Shown here: positions 48,440 to 58,399 of the stretch, piece after piece | Layout: every line of letters starts with the position of its first letter | Position numbering within the stretch: position 1 is the first letter of the stretch | Source of the DNA: a virus | Taxonomy: Duplodnaviria; Caudoviricetes | Direction: 5' to 3' (one strand) | DNA: 64,000 nucleotides | Virus record (IMG/VR): IMGVR_UViG_3300031902_000003 | Coordinates: 1-64,000 of that record | Position numbers and translations under genes: made by a program | Notes under the pieces: generated by a model | What the model was told of the DNA's origin: nothing | The model's database searches: none | What the model saw: the letters and a program-made list of their open reading frames with translations, nothing else

Positions 48440-49243
48440 TTAGACGTTCTGGTTGCCAGCTGAGTCGAAGGCAAACACTCTGAATGTTGGGTTAGCTCTC
48501 CATCCTCCAGCTTTAAGTACAGAGAATTGTGACCCGCTTACCAGAGCAACGAGAGTGCTTGAACCACTGTAGTTCGGAGCAAAGTTATCTCCATCGTGGA
48601 TGACATCGTAGTCTCCATTAGAGAACTGAGCAACAAGCATTATTCTGCCGAATCCAGTATCGTCTGTCACGTCCAATGTTATCGGAGTCGTGGCATAGAT
48701 TTGTGTACCAGGAGCAGGTAGAATGTTGCTGACCTCTGGAGGATTACCTCCAGATGAATTTCCACCACCTTCTAGATCACCCTGAACCCTGTCTGGGAGT
48801 GATGCCGATCCAAGGTAGACTTCCCAACGGATTAGGTTGGTGAGGTCACTGGCTGTCGGTATGAACCCGTAGAGGCCATTGGCTAGAGGTACTATGGTTG
48901 GTGGCGTAACTGGTGTCCCGTCTGGTTTGTCATAGACAACAAACGTCGGTGTGAGACCAGACTGTAGAGATCCAGTTAGATCATACGCAGGGAAGAATAC
49001 TTTAGATCCACCGACATAACCAGCTCCATATCTCGGATTAGAACCAGACTTACAATCTATAATATACCCGACACCGTCCGTGATGTCTAATGCCGGGCTT
49101 GTGAAAGTATAGGTGCCACCACTTAGATGTGTGATTGTTGGCTGTGACCGAGCAACATTGCTTATATCTCTGTAAGCTATGAACGTCGGCAGAGCTCCAG
49201 TAATTGGAACTCCAGTATCACTCGTCAATAAAAATGATGGCAT
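48440..49243 (-). CDS. putative virion/tail-associated beta-rich protein
   Basis: Two repeated N-terminal domains (LTSDTGVPITGALPTF / YDLTGSLQSGLTPTF), a Gly/Ser linker and an Ig-like C-terminus; lies in the tail-fibre cassette. Confidence 0.6.
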   Translation of the reverse strand: MPSFLLTSDTGVPITGALPTFIAYRDISNVARSQPTITHLSGGTYTFTSPALDITDGVGYIIDCKSGSNPRYGAGYVGGSKVFFPAYDLTGSLQSGLTPTFVVYDKPDGTPVTPPTIVPLANGLYGFIPTASDLTNLIRWEVYLGSASLPDRVQGDLEGGGNSSGGNPPEVSNILPAPGTQIYATTPITLDVTDDTGFGRIMLVAQFSNGDYDVIHDGDNFAPNYSGSSTLVALVSGSQFSVLKAGGWRANPTFRVFAFDSAGNQNV

Positions 49244-49256
49244 TTAAAATCCTTTC

Positions 49257-49514
49257 TTAGACCACTGAACCACTTACCACTGTTGGATCACCAACATCTG
49301 GTAATGCATTGACGAAGTTATCGTACTGAGTTTGCTTAGATACAGCGAAATCAGATGCCGCTTGATTAAGTTGCATGTCTAAAGCGTAAAGCTTTACCTG
49401 AAGAATTGTGATAGCATCTGCGATTTGATTACGTAGATGTTGCTTATTCGTAACAGATGGATCTGCCTTAATCGCGTCTATTGTTGCCTTTCCCTGTTGT
49501 TTTCCTACTCCCAT
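49257..49514 (-). CDS. small helical protein (possible fibre chaperone)
   Basis: SD ggagg; directly follows the fibre gene. Confidence 0.55.
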   Translation of the reverse strand: MGVGKQQGKATIDAIKADPSVTNKQHLRNQIADAITILQVKLYALDMQLNQAASDFAVSKQTQYDNFVNALPDVGDPTVVSGSVV

Positions 49515-49532
49515 GTTTTGTTTCCTCCTAAG

Positions 49533-52500
49533 TTATCCTTCAGCCAAGTATGGCGGAATTTGATCTAAATAGATATAACCCCAAGCTCCGAGTGAGTATT
49601 GAAACTGTCCGGTTGTACTATCAAGAGTTTCGAGACCATTAGCTGAGCCAGAGTTTGTTCTTGTTACATATACCATTGCATTCCCTGGTTTATAGCCAGC
49701 TGGCATCGTAAATATTGGATCTCCGGCAGTTGGTGCACCAGTTGGTAGATAGACAACCCCTCTGAAGTGTACGAAACCAAGGGCGTCCTTCATGTATTGT
49801 GCGCTTGACAATGACGCCCAAGCTCCAGAATATGTAAAATTCTGCCAGGCTTGTGTAGGGCCTATCTTTCCAGATTTATCAACATATAGTTTCTCAGTGT
49901 ATGTTCCACCGATTCCTGTACCAACAGATAGAAGCTTTGCACCTGTGTTTACTGACGCGTCACCGATTACTGTTCCGAGCTTGACAGCAACGTCCGTTGA
50001 TGCAACTCCAAGATCTGACATGAGAGTTAGAGATGCAGATACGGCACCTAGAGAACCAGATTTGTCAACGTATAGTTTTTCTACATCTGCATTTCTGACG
50101 CTTACAAGCTTAGCACCGTTCGAATTCCATACATTTATTGAATTGACAATCAGTCCCTTTGCCGTAGTTGAATCTGCAACTTCAGTACCAAGTCTCATGC
50201 CAGCAGAAGTTGATCCCCATTGAATGCCTGCTAGCGAACCAGCATTCATGTAGATCGAGTATGATACGTTTACTAAAGGAGCTACTGCGCCACCAGCACT
50301 AAATTGACAGATATTAGAACCTTGCGAAGACAACATAACCCCACCAGTTCCAGAAGCATACAAGATAAGCTGTGATGGATGAGTGATTCCTCCATCTTTA
50401 TCAACGTAGATTTTCTCAGTTCCATTATTCTGAATGCTAAGTATCTTCGCTCCGACTGTAGAAAGTGTGTTTCCAGTGTTTATAATATTTGCAACGGCAG
50501 TAGAACTATTTGCTACACCACCTTGAATTCTGCTATTCGTAGCTCCATACATTGCTCCTTGCGCAGAATCAAATGTAACCCATGAAGCATTATTCCACGA
50601 TAATCTTGTCCCTACAGAACTGTCTATACTTAGACTACCAAGCGACGCTCCAGATCCAAGAACGAATCCACCGCTAGCTCCTTTGCTGAATGAAGCATAT
50701 TCTGTTTCAGATCCACTTATTCCAGATCTAATTGATAGCAGCTTTGCACCTGTGTTTACTGAAGCGTCACCGATTACTGTTCCGAGCTTGACAGCAACAT
50801 CCGTAGATCCAGTTCCATTTGATGAAGCTGCAATAAATTGTCCATCTCTCATTACCTTAACTGCGTCTTGTGTTCCAATCTTTAGACGATATGCTGGTTG
50901 AAAGAAATCTAGATTTGTAGGTGCTGAGAAGTTGAACGCAGGGATACTTGAAGTAACCATCGCCGCAGTGCTTACTGTGAAACTCATCAAGTCTGCTACG
51001 CCGTAAGTATTTGAATTTTGTAAGAATGCCATTCCCCAGTTTTCGCATACAACACCCGGAGACGTGTTTGAATAATTTCCAAAGGCAACTACGCCAAGTC
51101 CAATTGGTTGGTACCAGTAACCTCCCCACCCAGAAGATCCACCAGTTATAAGCATTCCAATTCTATTAGTTTCAACTGGAACTGTGACCTTAGCTACAGG
51201 AAGTGTTAATGAGGCTCCCTTTGATATTGAAAAATACTCTACTTCAGATCCACCAATACCAGTTCTAACAGAGAGAAGTGGAGCTGTGCTTGCAGAAACG
51301 TTAGCTATTGAAGTTCCAACCTTCACAGCGATATCTGCTGATCCTGTTGCCATTGCAGAAACTACAGTTGCAAGACCTCCGCCAGACCCAGCTTGCATTG
51401 TAACACCAGTCGGTGTTGCCCCGATCATATTAACGCCGTAATCCATTCTAGCGCCATATGTACTGTTTAGTGTTGCTATAGCAACTCCACCATGACCAAC
51501 CATTGCACCGAATGGTTTGAATGCCATATGCTCAACGTAAGTTCCACCATTGGCCATCCCCGCACCAACTGATAACAGTTTCGCGGCTGAATTAAGAGAA
51601 GCATCAGCAACTCTCGTGCCAAGTTGAACAACCACGTCTGACGCACCCGTTCCATTTCCACCCTGAACATAAAGTTTACCGCCGGAATTTAGTGTTAGAC
51701 CAGGGAGTAAATCTAAACCAGTAGATGCAGCTGCTGCCAATGCATAGTTTGTCGTAGATGGAGTAAAACTTCCAGCAGCGATGTTCAGCCAAAGCGCAGA
51801 GGCTCCGATATTTGCATTATAAGAACCAACAGCAGCTGCAACCCCAGGCGTTAATGAACTTCCAGACGTTGGAGATCCAGAAACTATAAGTGCATATGGA
51901 CTCTTGATTACACCAGAAGAACTTAGAATAAGAGTTGTTCCACCCTGATATTGGATGTCTAGAATATTTCCATTGTTACTTGCTTGAGCAGCTTCAAATA
52001 GAAATGCTGGTGATGCCAATCCAGAATATGAATTCGATCCCTGTGTAAATTTTAAGCTTCTAGCATATGACTTCATGGCAAAGAAACCATCGCCGATACC
52101 TAACTGACTTCCTCCACCAGAATACCAACCACCAAAGTTAAGACCAGTATCACCAGCACCGTTATTGTAAATTGTGATTCCAGCAACATGAGTCTGAGTT
52201 TTACAATCGATGTTTAGAATACCGCCACCAAGTGGACCTCGGCTGACATAGACATACTCTGTTTCTCCGGCGCCAAGTCCTAGACCAGTTCTGACAGAAA
52301 AAAGCTTAGATGTTGTACTCGTCGCACCATCTATTATCTTCGTTCCAACTTTCACAGCAACATCGGCTGCCGCCAATGTTCCAGTTGTGTAACCAGATAT
52401 TATAGAACCAGAGTTCCAGGATCTTATTTCTACTGGAGACGCGTAACCTTGAACATATAAAGCGCTGCTATCAAAATAAATCTTATCGAATGCTCCCCAT

Positions 52501-52718
52501 GAAATAGAACCACCGTAACCATATCCTCCAGTTCCAGCTGGAAGATTGATTGCTGGTGTATTAATACCTGGTTGAGCTATCGTTAGAGACCCTGCGTTGT
52601 TTATGTTCACACTTGCAGCAAAAGTCTTAGCTCCAGAGAATGTTTGAGCTGCAGCATTGACAAGACCTCTGAGAGATCCACTTGCATCTGGAATTGGACT
52701 TGGCTGAAAGTTGCTCAT
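49533..52718 (-). CDS. tail fibre / receptor-binding-like protein with about 7 internal repeats
   Basis: Gly/Ser/Thr/Ala-rich; repeats of D(V/I)AVK(L/V)GT...KLLSVR..G...EY; C-terminal WQNF..SGAW...YMKD..GFVHFRG...IFTMPAGYKP domain; SD gagga. Confidence 0.75.
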   Translation of the reverse strand: MSNFQPSPIPDASGSLRGLVNAAAQTFSGAKTFAASVNINNAGSLTIAQPGINTPAINLPAGTGGYGYGGSISWGAFDKIYFDSSALYVQGYASPVEIRSWNSGSIISGYTTGTLAAADVAVKVGTKIIDGATSTTSKLFSVRTGLGLGAGETEYVYVSRGPLGGGILNIDCKTQTHVAGITIYNNGAGDTGLNFGGWYSGGGSQLGIGDGFFAMKSYARSLKFTQGSNSYSGLASPAFLFEAAQASNNGNILDIQYQGGTTLILSSSGVIKSPYALIVSGSPTSGSSLTPGVAAAVGSYNANIGASALWLNIAAGSFTPSTTNYALAAAASTGLDLLPGLTLNSGGKLYVQGGNGTGASDVVVQLGTRVADASLNSAAKLLSVGAGMANGGTYVEHMAFKPFGAMVGHGGVAIATLNSTYGARMDYGVNMIGATPTGVTMQAGSGGGLATVVSAMATGSADIAVKVGTSIANVSASTAPLLSVRTGIGGSEVEYFSISKGASLTLPVAKVTVPVETNRIGMLITGGSSGWGGYWYQPIGLGVVAFGNYSNTSPGVVCENWGMAFLQNSNTYGVADLMSFTVSTAAMVTSSIPAFNFSAPTNLDFFQPAYRLKIGTQDAVKVMRDGQFIAASSNGTGSTDVAVKLGTVIGDASVNTGAKLLSIRSGISGSETEYASFSKGASGGFVLGSGASLGSLSIDSSVGTRLSWNNASWVTFDSAQGAMYGATNSRIQGGVANSSTAVANIINTGNTLSTVGAKILSIQNNGTEKIYVDKDGGITHPSQLILYASGTGGVMLSSQGSNICQFSAGGAVAPLVNVSYSIYMNAGSLAGIQWGSTSAGMRLGTEVADSTTAKGLIVNSINVWNSNGAKLVSVRNADVEKLYVDKSGSLGAVSASLTLMSDLGVASTDVAVKLGTVIGDASVNTGAKLLSVGTGIGGTYTEKLYVDKSGKIGPTQAWQNFTYSGAWASLSSAQYMKDALGFVHFRGVVYLPTGAPTAGDPIFTMPAGYKPGNAMVYVTRTNSGSANGLETLDSTTGQFQYSLGAWGYIYLDQIPPYLAEG
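49933..50804. repeat. 65-bp intragenic duplication
   Basis: 49933-49997 versus 50740-50804, 2 mismatches. Confidence 0.9.
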
Positions 52719-52785
52719 TCTCTATCTCCTCACGCTGCCGACACTCTATAAATATAACAAGCTTCTAAATCTATTGGATTTTTAG

Positions 52786-52814
52786 TGTATCTCTTGAAAT
52801 ATAAGTGGTATAAT
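52786..52814 (+). promoter_or_regulatory. early-type promoter
   Basis: TGTATC-17-TATAAT; ATG 6 nt downstream. Confidence 0.75.
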
Positions 52815-52819
52815 TTCTT

Positions 52820-53053
52820 ATGACTTTGAGTGAAAAGAACAAGCTCAAGATTCATTTCTTTAAGGATTGCAGTGGTATACACTGGGGAGAACACTCTCGT
52901 TCTGTGATAGAAGATATCTCGAGGATTACCTGCGGACAATGCAAGGGAAGGATTCTTGAAGTTCTACGTCAGAAAGATTGGTCAACTCTCGGTCAGGAAG
53001 AATTAGAAGTTCTTGAGATAGCAGCTTACTTTGCAAATCTGGAAGATAAATAG
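52820..53053 (+). CDS. hypothetical protein
   Basis: ATG at the predicted +1; CGQC. Confidence 0.6.
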   Translation: MTLSEKNKLKIHFFKDCSGIHWGEHSRSVIEDISRITCGQCKGRILEVLRQKDWSTLGQEELEVLEIAAYFANLEDK

Positions 53054-53082
53054 TATACTTCTGGATGTCTAAATGTTATAAT
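53054..53082 (+). promoter_or_regulatory. early-type promoter
   Basis: TATACT-17-TATAAT. Confidence 0.8.
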
Positions 53083-53103
53083 GGTATCACAATGGAGACA
53101 GCC

Positions 53104-53301
53104 ATGACTTACCGAGTTACTAGAAGGTTCTATAGGGGCGACCTCCAAGGTGAACAGATTGTCGAGGAAGGTTTGAGTCTCGAGGAAGCTCAGAAGATTT
53201 GCAGAGATTTAGAATCTTCAAGTCGCACTTGCAGTAACGAAGACAATGTCAAGTTGACTGAGATGTTCGGTCCTTGGTTTAACGGATACTCGGAGGAATG
53301 A
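53104..53301 (+). CDS. hypothetical protein
   Basis: SD ggag before ATG 53104; GLSLEEAQKIC...GPWFNGY.EE. Confidence 0.65.
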   Translation: MTYRVTRRFYRGDLQGEQIVEEGLSLEEAQKICRDLESSSRTCSNEDNVKLTEMFGPWFNGYSEE

Positions 53302-53507
53302 TGAAGCGATTCACCGTGATGCGAAAGTATGTTGAGACCTCTATTCTTGAGATCGAAGCCGAGTCTGAGGAAGATGCTCTCGATCTTGCAGATCAGCAGG
53401 AAGAATTGTTCGAGTGCGTTGACTCTGATACAGAGACGTGGGTGACTGATGTCGAGGAGATTGAACCCGAGGTAAAGGAAAAGAATTATACTGGTTTTGG
53501 TTGTTAG
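53298..53507 (+). CDS. small acidic protein
   Basis: EIEAESEEDA; SD ggagg. Confidence 0.65.
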   Translation: MMKRFTVMRKYVETSILEIEAESEEDALDLADQQEELFECVDSDTETWVTDVEEIEPEVKEKNYTGFGC

Positions 53508-53517
53508 ATAGATGTCT

Positions 53518-53591
53518 GGTCCCGTAGCTCAGCTGGATAGAGCAACAGCCTTCTAAGCTGTGGGTCGCTGGTTCGAGCCCAGCCGGGATCA
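53518..53591 (+). tRNA. tRNA-Arg(TCT)
   Basis: Canonical cloverleaf: GGTCCCG/CGGGATC, GCTC-AGCTGGATA-GAGC, ACAGC-CTTCTAA-GCTGT, GCTGG-TTCGAGC-CCAGC. CCA not encoded. Confidence 0.95.
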
Positions 53592-54774
53592 CTTGTCGAG
53601 TACCTGAATCCGAGAGGGTTTGTTATGCTCCTCTGGTAAGCCATTAAGTGTCTGAAGGATCCAGGGCATCATAATAGAATCCTGGGTAGACAACAAATTG
53701 GAGATAAAATGACTGAACTTGAACAGATATTGACCGACAATGTAATTGAAGCTCGTCAGGAGATTGAAAAGCTTCGACAGGAATGTCAGAAGATTCACGA
53801 TAAGCTTAACGAAGTAATTGACGTTTACAACTATCACTCTAGATTCAATGTTCACGGCGGAAACTCTGATACTGTAGATGTTCTTATCCCATGAAAACTG
53901 TTAAACTCAAGACATACATGTTGTGGCATAATGGGAAGTACCTTGGCAAGTTTACTCGAACTGTAGTGCTACACATAATTCGGGATCCTTATAACACACT
54001 TTTGCTTACAGACATTGGTCGTCATGGTTTGTTTGTTTGGTCTCGCATAACAAACGATGAAAGGAAGCTGCATGTCTAGCAAATTTTCTCGCTACGAGCT
54101 CATGTCCGTAGAAGACATGATCGTTGATCTGAGTTTCTCAATGAACCCTCTCGACATCAAAGATAGAACTATCGTAGCAAACTTTCTTAGAAAGTATATT
54201 GCCCTTGATAAGTTCGAACGGACAATCATGGAAGCTAGAGGTGAAGTTCTCCGAACTCCTCAGATCAAGGTTGATCAATGAGAATCCCTAAACACATTCA
54301 TCTCGACCTTGACTTCCCTTTCAAGAAAGAAAGCCTTTGGCCAGTCGTAACTCAGCATCAATCTTACTCTGAAGGAATCTGGTTTGATAAAGGATGCACG
54401 GCCGTCACGATCGGTCCTATTCGTGTTTGCATTACGTGGGAAGTTCCAAAGGAAAACTTAGATGACTGACGTCGAATTACTGGCGTTACTTGCTTTGTTC
54501 TGGATAATTTTGCTGACGGCAGATGCTTCAATGGATAACAAGAAATGAAAAAGTCTTTCGTATTAAATGTCATTCAGAGTCTTTACCCAGACATTCCTCC
54601 CTGCGAACATGGGAAACATTGTGGTGAATGCTTTAAGCCAGAAGATCTTATTGGTGATCCAGATTCAATCTTTGAAAGAATTGATGAACTTATTCTTGCA
54701 GAGAAACAATTGGATAAGCTTCAAGGTCAGATCAACATCATTACGAATACTTTGAAATCGATGAGAGTCTTGAA

Positions 54775-55044
54775 ATGAAATTCAAACCTCTCGACAAAGT
54801 CAAGTGCGTTCAAGGATCTGAAGATACGAATCACTGTCCAGTTCTTGGAAAGACTTATACTGTTCTTCGTGCATACGAAGTGATTGTGCATGTGAATTGC
54901 TGTGATGAACATTCAAGGTTTCGTGCTACTCTCGATGATGTAATGGGTTGGAACGTGGATAGGTTTGAAAAGGTGAATGAGGATAACACTCTCAATTGTG
55001 ATGGAGGTGGCCAAGATCACCTCCAGAGTGAACGAGATGTATAG
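54775..55044 (+). CDS. hypothetical protein
   Basis: KFKPLDKVKCV...GKTYTV...GWNVDRF. Confidence 0.6.
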   Translation: MKFKPLDKVKCVQGSEDTNHCPVLGKTYTVLRAYEVIVHVNCCDEHSRFRATLDDVMGWNVDRFEKVNEDNTLNCDGGGQDHLQSERDV

Positions 55045-55104
55045 GATGTGTGAATAGGTGGTTGAGCTTCCCTCGTCCCTTCTGAGTGTCACTGGCTCCC
55101 TTAG
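55015..55104. repeat. structured dispersed repeat, copy B
   Basis: 33-bp identity with 45942-45974. Confidence 0.85.
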
Positions 55105-55114
55105 ATAAATCATA

Positions 55115-55143
55115 TGTACTTCTGGAAATAGAAGTGGTATAAT
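55115..55143 (+). promoter_or_regulatory. early-type promoter
   Basis: TGTACT-17-TATAAT. Confidence 0.85.
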
Positions 55144-55170
55144 GGTTCTACAATCAAAGGAGAACATACA

Positions 55171-55419
55171 ATGATGAACCCCAAGCAGCTTGAGGAAGTT
55201 AAGCGTGGTCTCCGAAACACTTGGCAGATGATCGGTGGCGAGATTGCTCAGGGACGGGCTGTTCCTCGAGATGAGGTTATTGAGGTCGTGCTTGACTCTA
55301 GCTATCTTGAGTACGAGGGTCGCATTGACAAATCTCTTGTGAAGGAATTCCGCAAGCTTTCCTTCGACGAGCAGATCAAGATTGCCGAGGAATGCTTCCC
55401 TTGCCGGTGGTATGAATAA
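55171..55419 (+). CDS. hypothetical protein
   Basis: SD aaggag. Confidence 0.7.
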   Translation: MMNPKQLEEVKRGLRNTWQMIGGEIAQGRAVPRDEVIEVVLDSSYLEYEGRIDKSLVKEFRKLSFDEQIKIAEECFPCRWYE

Positions 55420-55838
55420 ACTCTCAGATAAATTCTGGCATACAGTTTTCTGGTTGCTCTGGATAATTGTATTATTGGCAAGATTTTTCTCTGCCTGGGA
55501 GACCAGATGATCATCGAATTCTTGAAGGGTGTTGTAGATGTTCTCGCTAATTTCTTTCTGTATTGTATTAGCTTGATCATTACTTTTTTCGCAGTGTACT
55601 TGCTGATTACAGTTCTTGCTTACTTCTTGAAGTGGACCTGACAATGGCCATTGTAAATCATCAACCGTATTGTCCAGATTGTTTTGTATCAAATGGTGGA
55701 CACCACACATGGGATTGTAATTACGCTGTCTCAGACTACAAGCCGCCCGTTAAGAAGTGTGAGTGCGGGGTAGTTGCGATTGGTTATAGCATCGATGCAC
55801 CAGTACATTCTTGGTGGTGTCCTGCTGTCAAAAAGTAG

Positions 55839-55867
55839 TTTACATCTTGAAATGAAAGTGTTATAAT
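55839..55867 (+). promoter_or_regulatory. early-type promoter
   Basis: TTTACA-17-TATAAT; ATG 7 nt downstream. Confidence 0.85.
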
Positions 55868-56279
55868 ATTCTCATGATCACACAGGAGAAACTTGAAGAG
55901 ATTGTTCGGGACCTGACCATTGGTGCGGGGGAAACTTACAGCACCACGAACATCATCTATGCTGTCGAGAAGAAGATTGGCGAGCGTCTTAATCTCGCTC
56001 AGGAACGGATTGTCCAGCGTACTAATCACGAATGTCAGATGCGAATGGAGTTCCCGTGACCAAGGAAGACGTGATCGAGAAGTTCTGCATGATTGCCATG
56101 AACGTGATGGAGAAGCGGTTTCATTATAGTGAAGCAGCAGACTGCTTTTGTCATTGCTGTAATCAAAGATCATTTCGTGATTATCATTTCTCTCCTCATG
56201 TTCTTACTTTCATTGAGCAGGCCGTGAATGATGCTCTCGCTCGTCGTCAGTTCAATGGGAATCCAGATTAAACTTTGTA

Positions 56280-56308
56280 TGTACATCTCTGAAGAATAGG
56301 AATATAAT
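56280..56308 (+). promoter_or_regulatory. early-type promoter
   Basis: TGTACA-17-TATAAT; ATG 7 nt downstream. Confidence 0.8.
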
Positions 56309-56314
56309 AGTTAA

Positions 56315-56563
56315 ATGGACAACTCAAATAAGAAGTTGACGAATTCAGAGCTTAGGCAGATGGTCGATATCACTGGGCGTGATTACAACATCGTGGCCCA
56401 GAAGGATATTTTGAAAATGTGGCAAGGTAACATCGAATCGTTTCGTCCCAGTAATGATGCCGAGTTTGACATGCTTCGTATGGATGCACTCAAGGGATAC
56501 AGAGATGCTATGAAGCTTCAGTTGAAGCTTGCCGAGGCATGTCGTCTCCGCCTCGAGAAGTAA
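56315..56563 (+). CDS. hypothetical protein, apparently leaderless
   Basis: ATG at the predicted +1. Confidence 0.65.
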   Translation: MDNSNKKLTNSELRQMVDITGRDYNIVAQKDILKMWQGNIESFRPSNDAEFDMLRMDALKGYRDAMKLQLKLAEACRLRLEK

Positions 56564-56569
56564 AGGTTT

Positions 56570-56679
56570 AGGGGCGCTCGGTGTTCTTCCACCGACCTGA
56601 GGGTCGATGGTCGAGCAGCTTGCGGTTGTTTGACGACAGCGAAGATCTACGCGTCAACGTAGATTTAACCCCTGTTTTT
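56570..56679 (+). ncRNA. four-way-junction structured RNA candidate
   Basis: AGGGG/CCCCT closing stem plus three hairpins, followed by GTTTTT. Confidence 0.5.
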
Positions 56680-56730
56680 GTTGCCGCGGCTGGCGGATCC
56701 AGTCTGAAGTTGTAGAGAAGTTGAGGTAAC

Positions 56731-57087
56731 ATGGCTAAGAACCAAAGGCCGTTTCGTGGTCAGAAGGAAGTGGAGTTGTCCAGTCAGCCGTTCAAGTCTG
56801 CTCTCAAGGGGATGAAGGCTGGTCCGTTGTGTTTGAAGTGCAATGACACGATGGATACTCGTGAGTCGTATTCGGTGTCAAACCCTCGTGGCAGCCGTAA
56901 GCTGCAGCGTCATGGCTTCCTGCATGAAGAGTGCATGGTCGAAGCCGAGAAGAAGTATCACGAGGAAGAGTGGAAACCCGGTGAGAAGCCCGGGACCTAC
57001 CTGAAGTTCGTGAAGCGTTCCGTTGGCATGGAGCTTCCCGTGTTCACCGATGCTGAGATCACCACGCTGTTGAATGGAGAGGAATAA
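56731..57087 (+). CDS. hypothetical zinc-binding protein
   Basis: CLKC...HEEC; SD gagg. Confidence 0.7.
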   Translation: MAKNQRPFRGQKEVELSSQPFKSALKGMKAGPLCLKCNDTMDTRESYSVSNPRGSRKLQRHGFLHEECMVEAEKKYHEEEWKPGEKPGTYLKFVKRSVGMELPVFTDAEITTLLNGEE

Positions 57088-57089
57088 TC

Positions 57090-57365
57090 ATGAGCTACAA
57101 TCCCCCGAAGAATATGTACAAGGACGAGTACGGTGTTGCTCGCTTTAACGATCCTGGCACTGCACCTGATGCTGGTCGAGGTAAGCGGTTGTTTCACGGT
57201 GTGATCACCCGCCGAACCGATGTGCTTCGCAATAAGCAGGAAGCAGATGTCTTCGCAACCGAGGATGAGGTCATCGGCGCGATCGTTCGTCAGTGCCCGA
57301 ATCCTTGGGCTGGGCAGGACGTCGGCGAAGTCAAGACCAATATCTTCTTCACGAAGGTTAAGTAA
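57090..57365 (+). CDS. hypothetical protein
   Basis: SD gagg. Confidence 0.65.
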   Translation: MSYNPPKNMYKDEYGVARFNDPGTAPDAGRGKRLFHGVITRRTDVLRNKQEADVFATEDEVIGAIVRQCPNPWAGQDVGEVKTNIFFTKVK

Positions 57366-57738
57366 GTTATGTCAAGATTCCTGGTGACGGCAGTGTCTAG
57401 CGATTGTGTGAGCAACACTGTGCATGAATGGGAAGTGAAAGCTGACCGTCACCAGGATGTTGTCATGTCTGATTACAAAAAAGTTCAGATGGCGAATTTC
57501 GTTATTGTCAGTAACATTCTCACGGGCGAGACTTGGTTAATCAAGAATCGCTTTGGCGCAACTGGTAAAGTTGTGGAGGATCGATGAAAGTTTACGCTCT
57601 CGAACTGCAAGAACCGTATGAAAATTCAGTGATCGAAGAAGTCTTCGAGACGTATGAAGATGCCGAAGCTGCACGTCTCAAGATGCGACCCAGGAAGAAT
57701 TGGTATGTGCAGGAGTATGATGTCACACCTGCTTCCTC

Positions 57739-57829
57739 GGTCACCCAGGTCACACCAGGAAGTGACGAGGGTTAAAGGATGATAGAATATGTGTCTGATT
57801 TATCTCGTCACTTCTGAGGGTCACTGGCT
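57739..57829. repeat. structured dispersed repeat, copy C (diverged)
   Basis: GAAGTGACGAG (57759-57769) pairs perfectly with CTCGTCACTTC (57804-57814), then TGAGGGTCACTGGCT. Confidence 0.8.
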
Positions 57830-58075
57830 GATGACAAAGATTTGGCGGAGTTCCAGATAATCTTCCGCATGTTTGGCCTGTGAAATAGTTCTGGTTCTAT
57901 AGAAGTTAACCAGATGGTGGAGGCGGCAGTTGGAAAAGCAAAGAGGCTGGGAGGATTGGTTACCCTCCCAGCCTTTAGTTTTGTAAAAAGAGTGAAGAAT
58001 TAAAACAGAGTCTTCTTGGCCTGCTTGGTCGCTGCTCATTTTCCTTGATGACGATGTATGGGTACATGATTTCCT

Positions 58076-58399
58076 TTAGAGACCGTACAGCGGGTGAGCA
58101 GGGAGAAAAAAATGAATTTGATTCCAACCAATGCACCTCGGCGAACTGAGACGTGAATAACTGAACTGGTAGTGACCACGAGCCAGCTTCTTGATCGACC
58201 CGTGTTTTAACTGAGCCTTGAGAGCCCGCCCAGCCTGCTGAGACACAGCGTCCTTCTGGTTTCTCCAGGCAGCTCCAGGAGAGATCGAAATCCAAGCGTT
58301 CATCCAATCCTTCCATTTGAACATGAGGTCACGAGACTTGGAGAGATCGCGAACGGTGATGTAAACCTCTTCGGCGACAAAAAGCTTCTTGGTCTTCAA
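58076..58399 (-). CDS. hypothetical basic protein
   Basis: SD aggag before TTG. Confidence 0.65.
   Translation of the reverse strand: MKTKKLFVAEEVYITVRDLSKSRDLMFKWKDWMNAWISISPGAAWRNQKDAVSQQAGRALKAQLKHGSIKKLARGHYQFSYSRLSSPRCIGWNQIHFFLPAHPLYGL

Noticed and set aside
49792-51670. + strand ORFs inside the tail-fibre gene
   Set aside because: Antisense shadows that mirror the fibre's repeats.
52740-52765. Late promoter (TATATTTATA on the - strand, TATAAATA on +) upstream of the fibre gene
   Set aside because: Too few independent instances in this window to define a motif.
53341-53592. 83-aa - strand ORF
   Set aside because: It is the antisense of tRNA-Arg and the preceding gene.
53592-53660. 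tRNA-trailer (theta) ribozyme after tRNA-Arg
   Set aside because: Only a simple hairpin (CCGAGAGGG/CTCCTCTGG) is evident; the required nested pseudoknot pairings were not found.
45942-57829. CRISPR array from the 33-bp repeat
   Set aside because: Only three copies, kilobases apart, with no regular spacers and no cas genes.
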